Counted from the first letter of the whole stretch, positions 1-11,789 are shown. The stretch: 61,611 bases of DNA, filler included, from Pirum gemmata (GCA_002812295.1; 21 parts of 21 records of this genome joined end to end with filler, not necessarily neighbours in it); one strand, 5' to 3'. Translations and numbers: made by a program. The notes: a model not told the origin generated them from the letters alone.

Positions 1-1272
1 ATTATTATTATTATAAATGGAAATCTTCAATATAGCAAGCTAATATCACTTTACCAATTTCATAACGACTGCTAAATTACAAAAATATATTCACTATATT
101 AATATTATACAATGTTATTTTGTGACTTCTATCTTTTTCTGACATTCACCTTTAAGTTTCTGCTATTTATACATTTATAGCTCTATCACACTGAATTTAC
201 AATCTTCCAGAATATTCTGAATTCCTTCAACTTATCTTGTAATACTTGTTATCATCTTATCTTCACATGCAATGCCATATACACTCTCAATACACTCAGT
301 CCACCACTACAAGCTAATATTAACGTCCATACCTGTAAATATATCCCTTCAATAATAGGGCCACAGACATAAACACGAGCACCTTTATTAATTTTTGGCA
401 TTATTTTTTACTTAATAAAATCTTTATTCAATCGCTATGAAAATATTTTAATTAAAATTTCAAAATCACTGATTTTGACTTTCTGAAAAAAATATGATAA
501 TAAATATAAAAAAACCAGTGAATTTTCAAAAATTTGTTTTATTTACATTATGAGAGAGACTAAAATGATGCATCATTCAAGTTGAATGATGCATTAATCA
601 ATATAAATCACAAAGTTAAGTTAAAACATAGGGTCCGACGAGTTATCAATAACATGAGATTTTTATGTAAAAATAATTGCAAACATAATAATATTATATT
701 ATTATATTATCTTGTATTAATAAATATTTTAAATGTACCAAAAAATACTCAAAAAATATAAAATGACATTTAATTAAGTAACATAATTATAATTTGTACA
801 TTCAAAATTATGGTTTTTAGGTCAAAAACTTATTTTCTTTTTATTTTATTTTATTTTATGCATAGAAAAAATATAAATGAAATAACACTATTTTATATAA
901 AAATAAGACAAACTAATCAGAGTACCTAGTCAAAAATTTTTAAAAAAGTCAATGAAAATCGTGCAAATAAGACTAAAATAAGACCATGAGAGACTATTTA
1001 AAAAAGAATGCAAATAGTGTAAATACTCTTATTAATTAAACGTCTATACATATAATGCAGACTAAGGCCTTACACCCTCAAAAACAAAACAAACACAGCA
1101 TCCTAACCCGAACCCGAACCACTCCTAATCCCAGCCCTAACCCTATGAAAAGGTCGTTCATGATTAATTAAAAGCATAATTTCTATCATAATATAACTAT
1201 ATAATACTACAAATACGTACACAATAAGCCAGGTACAATATAACATTTGACTACATTTGTTAGCATAGTTAA

Positions 1273-1374
1273 TTAGCGTCCCCCACAACACATAGTACAC
1301 AAAGGATCTCCGGTATACGAATATGTACCTCCGGGGCAAAAATCACGGCAATAGCTCTTCTTGCTCTAACTAAC
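1273..1374 (-). pseudogene. Decayed tandem partial paralogue of the Cys-rich peptide gene
   Basis: Reads LVRARR / 1-nt deletion / YCRDFCPGGTYSYTGDPLCTMCCGGR*. No signal-peptide part. The 3' flank (acaatataacatttg...gcatagttaatta) is duplicated with it. Confidence 0.85.
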
Positions 1375-1424
1375 TAACTTACAAGATTCTACAATATAAC
1401 ATTTGTTAGTTTTTGCATAGTTAA

Positions 1425-1652
1425 TTAACGACCCGAACAACACATAGTACACCAGGGAACGCCAGTACACGAGGACGCATCTCCAGGGCAAAAATCTCCG
1501 CAATAAGCTCTTCTTGCTCTAACTAACCAAGCTTCTTTCGATTCCTCTTTAACCCCATCCTTGGGTTCTGCCACGCTTATTGTCTTAGAGTTTACATCCG
1601 AAATAACAAGAGTTGCTGTAAACAGACAAAGCACCCAACTGGAAAAATTCAT
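1425..1652 (-). CDS. Secreted cysteine-rich prepropeptide (toxin/defensin/peptide-hormone-like)
   Basis: Complete ATG-TAA ORF. Hydrophobic signal peptide, acidic pro-region, RARR convertase site, 27-aa mature peptide with C-x3-C-x6-C-x5-C-x2-CC ending in GR. Confidence 0.85.
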   Translation of the reverse strand: MNFSSWVLCLFTATLVISDVNSKTISVAEPKDGVKEESKEAWLVRARRAYCGDFCPGDASSCTGVPWCTMCCSGR

Positions 1653-2502
1653 TTTTTCGTCGATTCCCCTCTTTTTATTTATTATTATTATACTTTATTA
1701 TTGTTATTACAATATATATTAATAATATAATAATAGTTATTGATTTTGTCTATGTAACCTATGTTTCTTATAATAATATAATATTCAATAGTTGTTGTAT
1801 GTTATTTATTTATTTTTATTTTTTAGTTTGTTTTGATTTTTATCTGATTTTTTTATTTTATATATACCCATTTCTCTTTCCAGCAGCTCTTATTTTTTTT
1901 ATTTTTTGTTTATCGTGTTTTTCAATAGTGTTGTCCGGCTCAAAAACTGAATTAATTAAGCTTACCAAAATATAATTAATTGGTCATTTTTTAATTAATT
2001 TGATATTTTATAAAGTAATTTTATATTTATAAAAAAGTTCAATTATACAATTTAACGGTACCAAATTAAAGATAGAAAGGATATGTAGTTTCATACAATG
2101 TCACCTGATGGTTCTCAGTTAAATTTATTTTAAAAGACTTAAAATACCTCCGATGTATAGCTGGGTGTCCCACTTTTTTTTTTTTTTTTGTTTTTTTTTT
2201 TTTTTTCAAGGTTTCAGTAGCTAGCTCTAGGAGGTTCACACTATCTGGCCTACCTTCCTCCTACCCATTGAACTTGGGGTGGGTCCTCACGTTCCCTTTT
2301 AAAAAGCCTTTTAAGGTTCTATGATTAATGGGATTAGAGCTTCTTACATGGTTTTCTATTATGTATGTCTATGTCTTAGGAAGTTCACCCATTGTTAGCT
2401 ACATCTACCGCGACATTCGAGTTGGTTAATCATGTGTTAAGTGGAACTGTTAATTAACCTCTTCTTTTTGTTTCGACATCTAATAGACTATATAAATATT
2501 AT

Positions 2503-2744
2503 GGGGGCTGCGAACTTGTGCGAAGTGGCGCAGTGGTTATTTGGTTAACAACCTGGATCCAGATGTATAATGTATTGGGTTCGAATCTCTCTGACCAAGA
2601 CGAAGACCGTCCATAAATCCACACCAACCGTGTGTATCGTAGTTTCGCAAGAAGACTCATGTCTTGGTAGATTCTGCTGTTAAGTGTTAACCACTATCCC
2701 TCCCTGGTAAGCGACTGGATCTAGCACCACTTCTTTTTGTTTCG
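2503..2744 (+). mobile_element. tRNA-derived SINE
   Basis: A box TGGCGCAGTGG and B box GGTTCGAATC. Head repeated at 22693-22770; tail GCGACTGGATCTAGCACC..TTCTTTTTGTT repeated at ~10826-10857. Confidence 0.7.
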
Positions 2745-2804
2745 ATTGTGCTTTTCTTTTATTTTGTCACTCTGAATATTTATTTGGAGGGTTATAATCT
2801 TTAA

Positions 2805-2904
2805 NNNNNNNNNNNNNNNNNNNNNNNNNNNNNNNNNNNNNNNNNNNNTTAATTAATTAANNNNNNNNNNNNNNNNNNNNNNNNNNNNNNNNNNNNNNNN
2901 NNNN
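2805..2904. other. Artificial contig-joining linker (N44-TTAATTAATTAA-N44); first of 20 such linkers
   Basis: The same 100-nt cassette with six-frame stops recurs at ~5709, 8624, 11202, 14136, 17045, 21069, 23984, 26728, 29661, 32533, 35427, 38336, 41268, 44176, 47079, 49966, 52898, 55813 and 58698. Confidence 0.97.
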
Positions 2905-3064
2905 AACCCTAACCCTAACCCTAACCCTAACCCACGATAATAATTATTATCATACAAAAATGAAATTTGAAAATGCGGCCTGGTGGGATACTGAATTCCT
3001 CTAGCTAGCTAGTAGTAGTTCTATAGTCTATTAACTGTATCATAGCTTAGTTAGTAGCTAGCTA

Positions 3065-3425
3065 GGGGAACATTCATAATATTATAAAGGGCCGTCACTT
3101 ATTCTTTGATAGAAGTCATTGCCCGAAAGTATGACTTAAACTGTTTTAGGCAGTAATTAATTATTAAAATGAACTTTAAAATTATGACCAAAAGTGTTTT
3201 AGACAANNNNNNNNNNNNNNNNNNNNNNNNNNNNNNNNNNNNNNNNNNNNNNNNNNNNNNGCCGTCACTTATTCTTTGATAGAAGTCATTGCCCGAAAGT
3301 ATGACTTAAACTGTTTTAGGCAGTAATTAATTATTAAAATGAACTTTAAAATTATGACTAAAAGTGTTTTAGACAAAGAGAGAGGCATAGGTAAGATTAG
3401 GTGACGTTGTCTATGGATGATTCCC
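3065..3425. mobile_element. MITE with GGG..CAT(T/C)CATA..ACGTCAC TIRs (PIF/Harbinger-like); contains an assembly gap
   Basis: Inverted termini TAGGG...CCCTA. Reverse copies at 5189-5379 and 36059-36217; partial copy at 22503-22579. Confidence 0.75.
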
Positions 3426-3806
3426 TACTGTAGAACTACTCTAACTAGAGTTAGTTGGAGAAAACCAACCTAAAACGAAAAAGAAAGGGTGAAAAAAACC
3501 AAGCTAAGTCGACTATCATAGTATTATACTAGTATTATGATAATACGATACAAGGACTTGAATTCCTTGTATGATATTATGATACAAAAAAAAAAAAGCC
3601 CCCCAAAAAAAGTTTACTTCCTCCTTGGTTGTATGAACTTGTATCCTTGGTTCTTGAAAAAACTGAAAAAAGCAACTGAAAGTGAAAAACTGAAAAACTG
3701 AAAAAAAAAAAAAAGCTGAAAAAAAGTTGAAAAAGGCAACTCAACTAACTAACTCTCTCTGTCACTGAAAAAATGTGAAAATAGAAAAAGACTACTACTA
3801 GCAGTG

Positions 3807-4018
3807 AGTAGGGGTGAGATATCTACTGGAACTTTTTTCGAACAGATGCTTATCGAGCCAACCTTAGTTCCGTGTTCCTTACTAATAATAGCAAATCTAA
3901 TTATAGTAGTTACCGATTAAAGTAATAATATTAACATTAATAGTAATAAAAACCATAAAATCGGAAAAGTTCCGGCAGCTGCTCGGTAATAATAAAATGA
4001 CGTCATCTCACCCCTACT
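3807..4018. mobile_element. MITE with (C)AGTAGGGGTGAGAT TIRs
   Basis: TIRs visible. Near-identical reverse copies at 56182-56412 and 58357-58591; TA flanks some ends. Confidence 0.85.
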
Positions 4019-4207
4019 TAGCAGTGCTACTAGCTAGCTAGCTAGTAGTAGGTAGAGAGAGTACCACGCTAGCTAGTAGAGATTCTCTCTACTTTCTGAG
4101 TCTGTCTCTCTGTTGATTCTCTCTAGCTATCATAGTACTCTAGTAGACTAAGACAGTCTAGTACTCTAGTCTAGTCTAGCTAGACTCTAGTGTAACAAGT
4201 TTACTAC

Positions 4208-4271
4208 TAACCCTAACCCTAACCCTAACCCTAACCCTAACCCTAACCCTAACCCTAACCCTAACCCTAAC
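4208..4271 (-). repeat. Interstitial (TTAGGG)n tract
   Basis: About 10 perfect CCCTAA units inside a contig. Confidence 0.9.
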
Positions 4272-4307
4272 TAAAAAAATATATAACTGAAAAAAATAAT
4301 AGGTCTA

Positions 4308-4498
4308 CAGCGCTTTTCATTTATTTTGTCACTCCGAATATTTATTTGGTTGGTTATAATTTTTTAATTGACATTGTTAAATGAATAAATAGATAATAAA
4401 ATATACCAAATTAAATAAAATGGATTTATATTGTATTAATTTGGTACTCTTTATTGTATATTAAATTTTTTTGATGACAAAACAACTGAAAAGCACTA
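4308..4498. mobile_element. ~185-bp MITE, TIR GTGCTTTTCA(T/G)TT(A/G)TTTTGTCA, TA-flanked (Tc1/mariner-type)
   Basis: Full copies at 9272-9455 and 10086-10268. Deleted or partial copies at 2746-2804, 4888-4985, 6953-7075, 35526-35636 and 35731-35858. Confidence 0.88.
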
Positions 4499-4529
4499 TT
4501 AATAATTATTTCTTTTTATATATAGACTA

Positions 4530-5140
4530 TGGGAGAATTCAAATACTGCATAACCAAATACAGCTTCAAATACCCCCTACCTACCTACCCATTGACGTTA
4601 ATTTCCGGTCAAGTACAGCCTACCTACCTACACCTTGACATGACATATTATCCTATCGATATTATTATTATATGGGATCGTTTAATTACTGCGTAATGCC
4701 AATTTCCCGTCAAATACAGTATCAAATACCCTACCTCTTGACGTTAATTTCCGGTCAAATACCACCTACCTACCTACCCCTTGACGTGACTTATTATTTG
4801 AAATTATCTCCTTCACTCGGCGTGGGAGAAAGGTGTCTATCGATATTATAGTAACGTATTATAATAGTTCGTAATATATATATGATATTGTGCTTTTCAT
4901 TTATATCGTCATTCAGAATATTTATTTGGTTGGTTATAATGTTTAAATTGTCTTTTTTAAATGAATAAATAGATAATCAAGTTTAATTAAAGGGAGAGTT
5001 CAAATAATACGTCACGTCAAGGGGTAGGTAGGTAGGTGGTATTTAACCGGAAATTAACGTCGAGGGGTAGGTAGGTAGGAAGGAGTATTTGAAGCTGTGT
5101 GACCGGAAATTGGCATTACGTAGAATTTGAAAGTAACTCC
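4530..5140. mobile_element. Three copies of a GGGAGA.TTCAAATA-terminated element, two direct and one inverted
   Basis: ttgacgttaatttccggtcaa and (CCTA)n blocks at ~4530-4650 and ~4680-4811; reverse complement at ~4991-5140. Confidence 0.7.
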
Positions 5141-5808
5141 AACCAAGTCATGGAAATATATACTCTAGTAGCTAGTATTTCTAGCGTAGGAATCATCCAT
5201 ATAAAGGACATCACCTAATCTTACAGTAATCTTACCTATGCCTCTTTGCCCAAAACACTTTTGGTCATAATTTTAAAGTTCGTTTTTTAATAATTAATTA
5301 CTGCCTAAAACAGTTTAAGTCACACTTTCGAGCAATTACTTCTATCAAAGAATAAGTGACATCCTTTATGAATGTTTCCTAACTGGGTTAGGGTAGTGTT
5401 AGGGTTAGGGTTAGGGTTAAAGGTAGTGTGGGGATCGAATGTGTTTGTGAAAAAAAAAGAGACATTTCGAAAAAAGAAAGTATTTGGAACTACTTCCAAC
5501 CAGTAAAAAACCTGAAGATGGAAAAATCTGAAGATAGAATTGAATCTAGAAGGGTATTTTTGTCAACTAAGACATCTAGATTGGTATTTTTAGACCTTAA
5601 AACCATCGTTTGAATCCTGTTTGAATCGATATTTTTTTCGATCGTTCGAAAAATATTTTTTTTTCGTATTTTTCGGGTTTTTTAATAAATAAATATATTT
5701 GAATACTTNNNNNNNNNNNNNNNNNNNNNNNNNNNNNNNNNNNNNNNNNNNNTTAATTAATTAANNNNNNNNNNNNNNNNNNNNNNNNNNNNNNNNNNNN
5801 NNNNNNNN

Positions 5809-6587
5809 AAAAAAAAAATAAAAATAAAAATAATAATAAAAATAAAAATAATAATAATAATAATAATAATAACAATAAAAATAAACAAATAGACTACAAA
5901 TCAATTATAAATGACAATGATACCATCAGCATTGATAATAACAACAGTAACAATGATAATAAAAATATTATAACAAAGTCAAAATTTCTTGAAAACGATC
6001 ATGACAATTCTTCAGAAATCGATTTAAGCATTACAGATGACTCCGGTCAAGATTCAGATATTGAATTGGGCCTAGTAGATGAGGAATATTCCTACCAAGA
6101 ATCTGAAACTGAATTTACTTCTGATTTTAATTCTGATCATGAATATGATAACGATGATGATGATGATGATTTTGAAATAGTAGAAGAGAATTCAAATAGG
6201 GTTAAATTTGAAGAAAGTAAAAATATTATTTTCAAAACTTATAGTAAAGAACAATATGACCGAAAATACCATGCGGTTAAAAGAAGTAGAAGGGATGTGG
6301 TTAGTATTACAAATCAATTAGTCTTTTTTAAAAAATTTGAAATGAAGATTCACCCAAAAAGTGTAAAGTATAATAATTATCACAATAACAGCGAACTTCG
6401 TCATTATTATATTAATAAAAAATGTAAATTACTTCGGGTATGCAGTTTGCTTGAAGATATTGATGGTCGGATTTACACAGACCCTAAAGATTTGGAACAA
6501 GTCAATGCATTTCGAAAAGTCGTGTTGGATTTAGAAAAAGAATTTGTGGAAAACTTTCACATGTATGAATGTTTGAATTTGAATTAA
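5809..6587 (+). CDS. Phactr/Bni4-like PP1-binding protein with C-terminal extension (5' truncated)
   Basis: Frame is open back to the contig start. RVKF (RVxF), TYSKEQYDRK and ITNQLVFFKKFEMKIHPKSVKYNNYH match the Phactr/Bni4/neurabin PP1-binding consensus. Confidence 0.8.
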
Positions 6588-6852
6588 TTAAACTGACACT
6601 AATAATAATAATAATTAATAGTTATTAATAATAATATAATAATAATAATAAAGATATTTTAAAAAATTTAAAAAATTCCAAAAATTTATAATTTAATTGA
6701 AAGATATTTAATGTGTATTGATTATTATAATATTATATATAATTAACTTAAATTAATTACTATAAAAACTAACAAATAATTAATAGTATAAAATGTAAAA
6801 CTGTATTATTGTTAATATTATTATTATTATTATTATTATCGGATTATTTTAT

Positions 6853-7640
6853 TTTCCAAGTAAGTAATTTCATATTGCAAAAAAGTAATTTATAATACGT
6901 TTACATTTTCATGAAGAATCCTTTATTTTTTTTGCGACCAACAACTGGCAAGAAAGCTTTTTAGTTGTTTTGTCATCATAAAATATACAATAAATGATAT
7001 ATACCAAATTTTAATATAATATAAATCCATTTCAATTAATTTGGTATATTTTATTATATATTTATTTTTTTAAAAGTATCATTTTATTAAATATTAGTTT
7101 GGCAAATTTTAAGCTAGAAAACCTTTTCCGAAGTTTATATTCTGGTATGTATCATAACACTTTACCGAGGTTACTTAAAAATGATATTAATATTTCTATT
7201 TCTATTGGTTACAGTCGTAAATTAGATTTGTAAAACAGTCCTACAGTGAATTTCTTTCAATCAGAGTTATTAATATTAATAATATTGTTTTTTAAATTCA
7301 TATTTTAAAAAGAAGTAATACGTATTGTGATAAGCAGTTTTAAAAAATAAGTTTTTCCACTTTTCGTATTTTTTTCTTTTTTTAAATTGTATTCTATATC
7401 AATACATTAAATCTCTTTCAATTACATATGTAAATTGTTTCTTGCAAAATTGCAGATTTTTAATAAAGTTTTTCAAAAAGGTAATTTCTTCCTTTTAAAA
7501 TTTATTCTAGTGTTGTAATTGGGTTGCTTTTTCTATTATTTTAACATTAAAAATAATAAGATTTAATTAAAATTTAATATAATTAAATTACATAAAATCT
7601 CTTTCAATTAGATTTGTAAAATGATTCTTGCAAAATGGCA
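6853..7640 (-). pseudogene. Several decayed partial copies of the 3' end of the adjacent minus-strand Phactr-like gene
   Basis: tacattaaatctctttc.att...tgtaaa occurs at ~7403 and ~7589 versus 7800 in the gene; ttcatatt..aaaagaagtaatacgt occurs at ~7297 and ~6869 versus 7866. Confidence 0.7.
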
Positions 7641-7795
7641 GATTGTTAATTTTAATTAAAATAAAAGTTATTCAACTTGGTAGGTAATTTCTTCTTTTTA
7701 AATTTTATTCTATTGTTACAATTGGGTTACTTTTTGTTTAATTTTACAATTAAAAATAACATAATTATAAATTTTAATTAATTAAAATTTTATAT

Positions 7796-8623
7796 TTAAT
7801 ACATTAAATCTCTTTCGATTAGATTTGTAAATTGTTTCTTAAATTCAGTTTCCAAGAAAGTAACTTCATATTTAAAAGAAGTAATACGTTGTTGTGCAGA
7901 TTCATTATGATAGGCAGTTTCCAAAATCGTAGTTAATAAAGATTTTAAACTTAACAATTTAATCTTTTTGGTTCTATATATTTTTTTATAACCAACATTA
8001 TCATGAAAATTAATTAAGTGACAACTTTGTGGATGTACAACCATTTCAGTGCGCTTGAATCTTAATAATTGCTCTCGAATAAAAGACAATTCATCGTTGG
8101 ATTTAGACATAGATATTTCTTTACGAGAATATTCTTGACTTGAATAAGTAAAACTTAATACAACCTCTTCACAGAAGCGCACAGTCTTTTCATCATGACT
8201 ACTATGGTGTTGTTTTTGCTTTTGTTTTTGTGTATATTTGGTTACTAAAATTGAACTATATTGTTTTGCCTGTGGTTGTTGTTGCTGTTGGTCTTGTTCG
8301 TAATACTCACTATCTGAATCACTTTCATCACAATGATTGTTATAATAAGTATATTCAGAATCACTACTACTGCTGCTGCTACTATCAAGATCAATAACGT
8401 TATTGGTGGTTTGTTCTCTGTTATCATATTGATACCTATTAATGTTTTTATCATTAGTGTATTTGTAGTTAGAGAAATCAAAAGTACTTACTTGACTGAA
8501 AAATAAATGTATTTCATTTATTCTTACTTCTATATTTACAGCATAGACATTACTGTTATTATTACTGTTATTATCTTTTTCAGTACTAATATTATTTTCA
8601 TCAATATTATTATTATTACTATT
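7796..8623 (-). CDS. Phactr/Bni4-like PP1-binding protein, paralogue 2 (5' truncated)
   Basis: Frame is open to the contig end. KTVRF, TYSSQEYSRK and IREQLLRFKRTEMVVHPQSCHLINFH. C-terminal ~60 aa align with the plus-strand paralogue. Confidence 0.82.
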   Translation of the reverse strand, partial: NSNNNNIDENNISTEKDNNSNNNSNVYAVNIEVRINEIHLFFSQVSTFDFSNYKYTNDKNINRYQYDNREQTTNNVIDLDSSSSSSSDSEYTYYNNHCDESDSDSEYYEQDQQQQQPQAKQYSSILVTKYTQKQKQKQHHSSHDEKTVRFCEEVVLSFTYSSQEYSRKEISMSKSNDELSFIREQLLRFKRTEMVVHPQSCHLINFHDNVGYKKIYRTKKIKLLSLKSLLTTILETAYHNESAQQRITSFKYEVTFLETEFKKQFTNLIERDLMY

Positions 8624-10369
8624 NNNNNNNNNNNNNNNNNNNNNNNNNNNNNNNNNNNNNNNNNNNNTTAATTAATTAANNNNNNNNNNNNNNNNNNNNN
8701 NNNNNNNNNNNNNNNNNNNNNNNAATAATAATAATAATAATAATAATTAATAACAATAATAACAATATTTTCATATCATGTGTAATGATAATAATTTTAT
8801 AATTATTAATCTTGATATATAATAACTAACGTTTATTAATACTGGATTTATTATTATTATCGAAAGTATTATCATGTTATAAATCACAAAATAATAATAA
8901 TTTATAATATGCATAAACTTTATTAAAATACATTATAATTTTTGAAAAATGGAAAGTATTGGTATGATTGATGATTATCATATTTAATAATAACTATAAT
9001 ATTATAACAGTATTTATTTATTTATTAGCACATGTACTCATGATCATATATTGCTAATTTACTATTATTAATAATTATTAAAAAATACTAATTACTTTTA
9101 ATTCATTAGTATGTATAATATATATTATACGTATATGTAATTATTACTATATACATATTAACGTGTCTATATTTATTTATTTATTATAATAATAAGAAAT
9201 ATTATTACTGTATTATACATGCACGTTAGTTATTACTGTATGTCATTATCATTGTTATATGATAGTTACTATTGTGCTTTTCAGTAATTTTGTCATCATA
9301 AAATATACAATAAAGAGTACCAAATCAATACAATATGAATTTATTCTATTTAATTTGTTATATTTATTATACATTTATTCATTTAACAATGTCAATTAAA
9401 ATATTACAACCAACCAAATAAATATTCGGAGTGACAAAATAAATGAAAAGCGCGATAGTAGTAGACCCTGGGGGGGGGTCTACGGTCTACCAGGTAGTCT
9501 CTAGGTTGGTTATGTGGTGTGGAATCTGTGGATGTTCCATCATGTGCGTGACACAGTGCGTCCTTCATGTGCCCAGGTTGCCTCTGGCCAAGAACTAAAA
9601 TTAGACCCGGTCTATCAATAAAATTAAAAAATGGGGACTGTAATCTATACACCAATCTATGCTAAGAATCTCCCGATATGCTGTAATCTATGGTACTTAT
9701 ATGGTATATTTGATCCAAGTTAGGCTTCCCAAAATCTGAATTTTCAAGCCTTTTTAAATAAACCGAACGACGAACAAGTGACAATACATGTGTGATATCA
9801 ATCACTTCTGAATTTTTAAAAAATATATATCAAGCTTATTTAATAATTAAGAGAGTATTTAAAAAATATTTTTTTCGAATATGGAATTACTTTTCAAGGT
9901 TTTTTTCTATTGTACTTTTCGAGTTTTTTGCTTGAAAAATATACAAGCTCGAAAAATTATAACTTCTGGTGAAGTCTTTTTAATTTTAAACTTCAAAGCC
10001 CAAAAGAGCCAAAAAAGGCCAAAAAAGAGTCAAAAAATCTATAAAATGTTTTTTATTTATTATAAATAGTAGACTAATCTATAAATAGTGCTTTTCATTT
10101 ATTTTGTCACTCCGAATATTTATTTGGTTGTTTATAATATTTAAATTGATACTTTTAAATAAATAAATATATAATAAAATATACCAAATTAAATGAANGA
10201 TTTATATTATATTAATTTGGTATTTTTTATTTTATATTTTATGATGACAAAACAACTGAAAAGCACTAGCTAGCTAGACTATATTATCATATTATTATGA
10301 TTATAATATCTAGTCTAAACAATACAGCACTTCTACAGGTTACAGCTGTCAGTTTTTTTTTTTTTTTAA

Positions 10370-10596
10370 CAGCCAAGCCGGATAAAACTGTAGAAATCTT
10401 TTTTTTTTTAGACTTCTTTTCTAAAAACCTATATATTAACTAGCCAAATTATTTTTAAAAACTAGCTATTGGTTCATAATAGAGTATTTTTAGTTAAACT
10501 GTTTCTCACAAATTCAATCATAATTGGAGTCATTTTAGATTTTTTGGATTTTTGATCTCATATGGCGGATGTCAACATTTTTATCTGGCTTGGTAG
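10370..10596. mobile_element. TTAA-flanked MITE with CCAAG(C/T)C(G/A)GATAAAA TIRs
   Basis: Inverted ends. Copies at 13408-13620 (reverse) and ~25002-25245. Confidence 0.72.
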
Positions 10597-10860
10597 TTTA
10601 AAATATTTGATATTTGACCTATTCTAAAGCTAGTTATCCATACTTTATCCATGGACCATGGATTTCAGTTACAGGTATTTCAAATAATACGCCATATGAT
10701 AGATGTATCATATGTATAGCTATATGTATAATGTATATTAATATTTTTTTTTTTTTATTTATGTAGTTTTCGCACATCGTTCTCAGTTAAGTACCTCCGA
10801 TGTATAGCGGGGTGTCCCTCCGGTAGCGACTGGATCTAGCACCCTTTCTTTTTTGTTNCA

Positions 10861-10934
10861 GTGCTGGCAGCGGATCGAACCGCTAACCTTTAGGTTTTGA
10901 GACTCCGCTCTAAACCAAGGAGCCACATTTACCC
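10861..10934 (-). pseudogene. Degenerate tRNA-like sequence (tRNA-Met-derived pseudogene or SINE head)
   Basis: Reverse strand has TGGCTCCTTGG...AGTCTCAAAACCTAAAGGTTAGCGGTTCGATCC, resembling the elongator tRNA-Met anticodon and T arms. The acceptor stem does not pair. Confidence 0.55.
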
Positions 10935-11322
10935 CTAATATTATATTACTATTATATTATATATGCTATGATTTTTGTAACGAGTGATTTATCATATGAT
11001 ATAAATTTAATATAGTATTAGACTAGTCTACCTTTATTTATGATACTGTACATGAGTTGTACTTGCTACCTTTTTTTTTTTGTTGACATTTTTACCTTGA
11101 CATTTAATGATTTACATACTATTTACATTTTATCATACAAGATGACATACTTACTTACTTTACTGCTACCATCTACATAGACCATATGGGATTGATGTGG
11201 CNNNNNNNNNNNNNNNNNNNNNNNNNNNNNNNNNNNNNNNNNNNNTTAATTAATTAANNNNNNNNNNNNNNNNNNNNNNNNNNNNNNNNNNNNNNNNNNN
11301 NCTGGCACTTTTGTATGGATGG

Positions 11323-11516
11323 TGATCCGGGTCCCTAGACTTTCTTTAAACGCTCATATCTCCATTGTTGTTGCTGCTATGAAGATGATGATTATTATAA
11401 GTATAAAGATTAAGTAAGTGGTGTACTATAGCTATATAATATAGTTTTCTTAATAATCATTTTCATACAAACAATACTAATGGGGATATGAGAAGAAAGT
11501 CAAGGTACCCGGGTCA
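11323..11516. mobile_element. Single-copy MITE-like element with ~40-bp imperfect TIRs
   Basis: ccgggtccctagactttc..ctcatatctccatt versus aatggggatatgag..gaaagtcaaggtacccgg. Confidence 0.6.
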
Positions 11517-11789
11517 GGGGAGAATCATATGGGTCCGGCAACTCGCTCCGATGCTATCGTACCATCAAACCATTTATCTGTATCAAAAGTTACCATAGAC
11601 CTTCATCGTGTTCATTAATTATAATAAAGCAATCTGAATCTACTTCTTCAACGCAATTGAATATACCAGTGTATTGAGTATTAACAAAAACATTATCAGA
11701 TATGATATCATAACTGTTTTGTTTTGATAACGGTTAATTAATTAAAACTGTTTTGTTTTGATAACCTCTGATAACCTCTTCTGGGTAGT

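Noticed and set aside
568..594. 13-bp perfect palindrome
   Set aside because: Single, short and AT-rich, with no supporting context
1103..1339. 78-aa ORF
   Set aside because: Out-of-frame reading through the peptide pseudogene
3091..3376. Near-perfect direct repeat across an N gap
   Set aside because: Probably overlapping contig ends left unmerged; other copies of this MITE have the segment once
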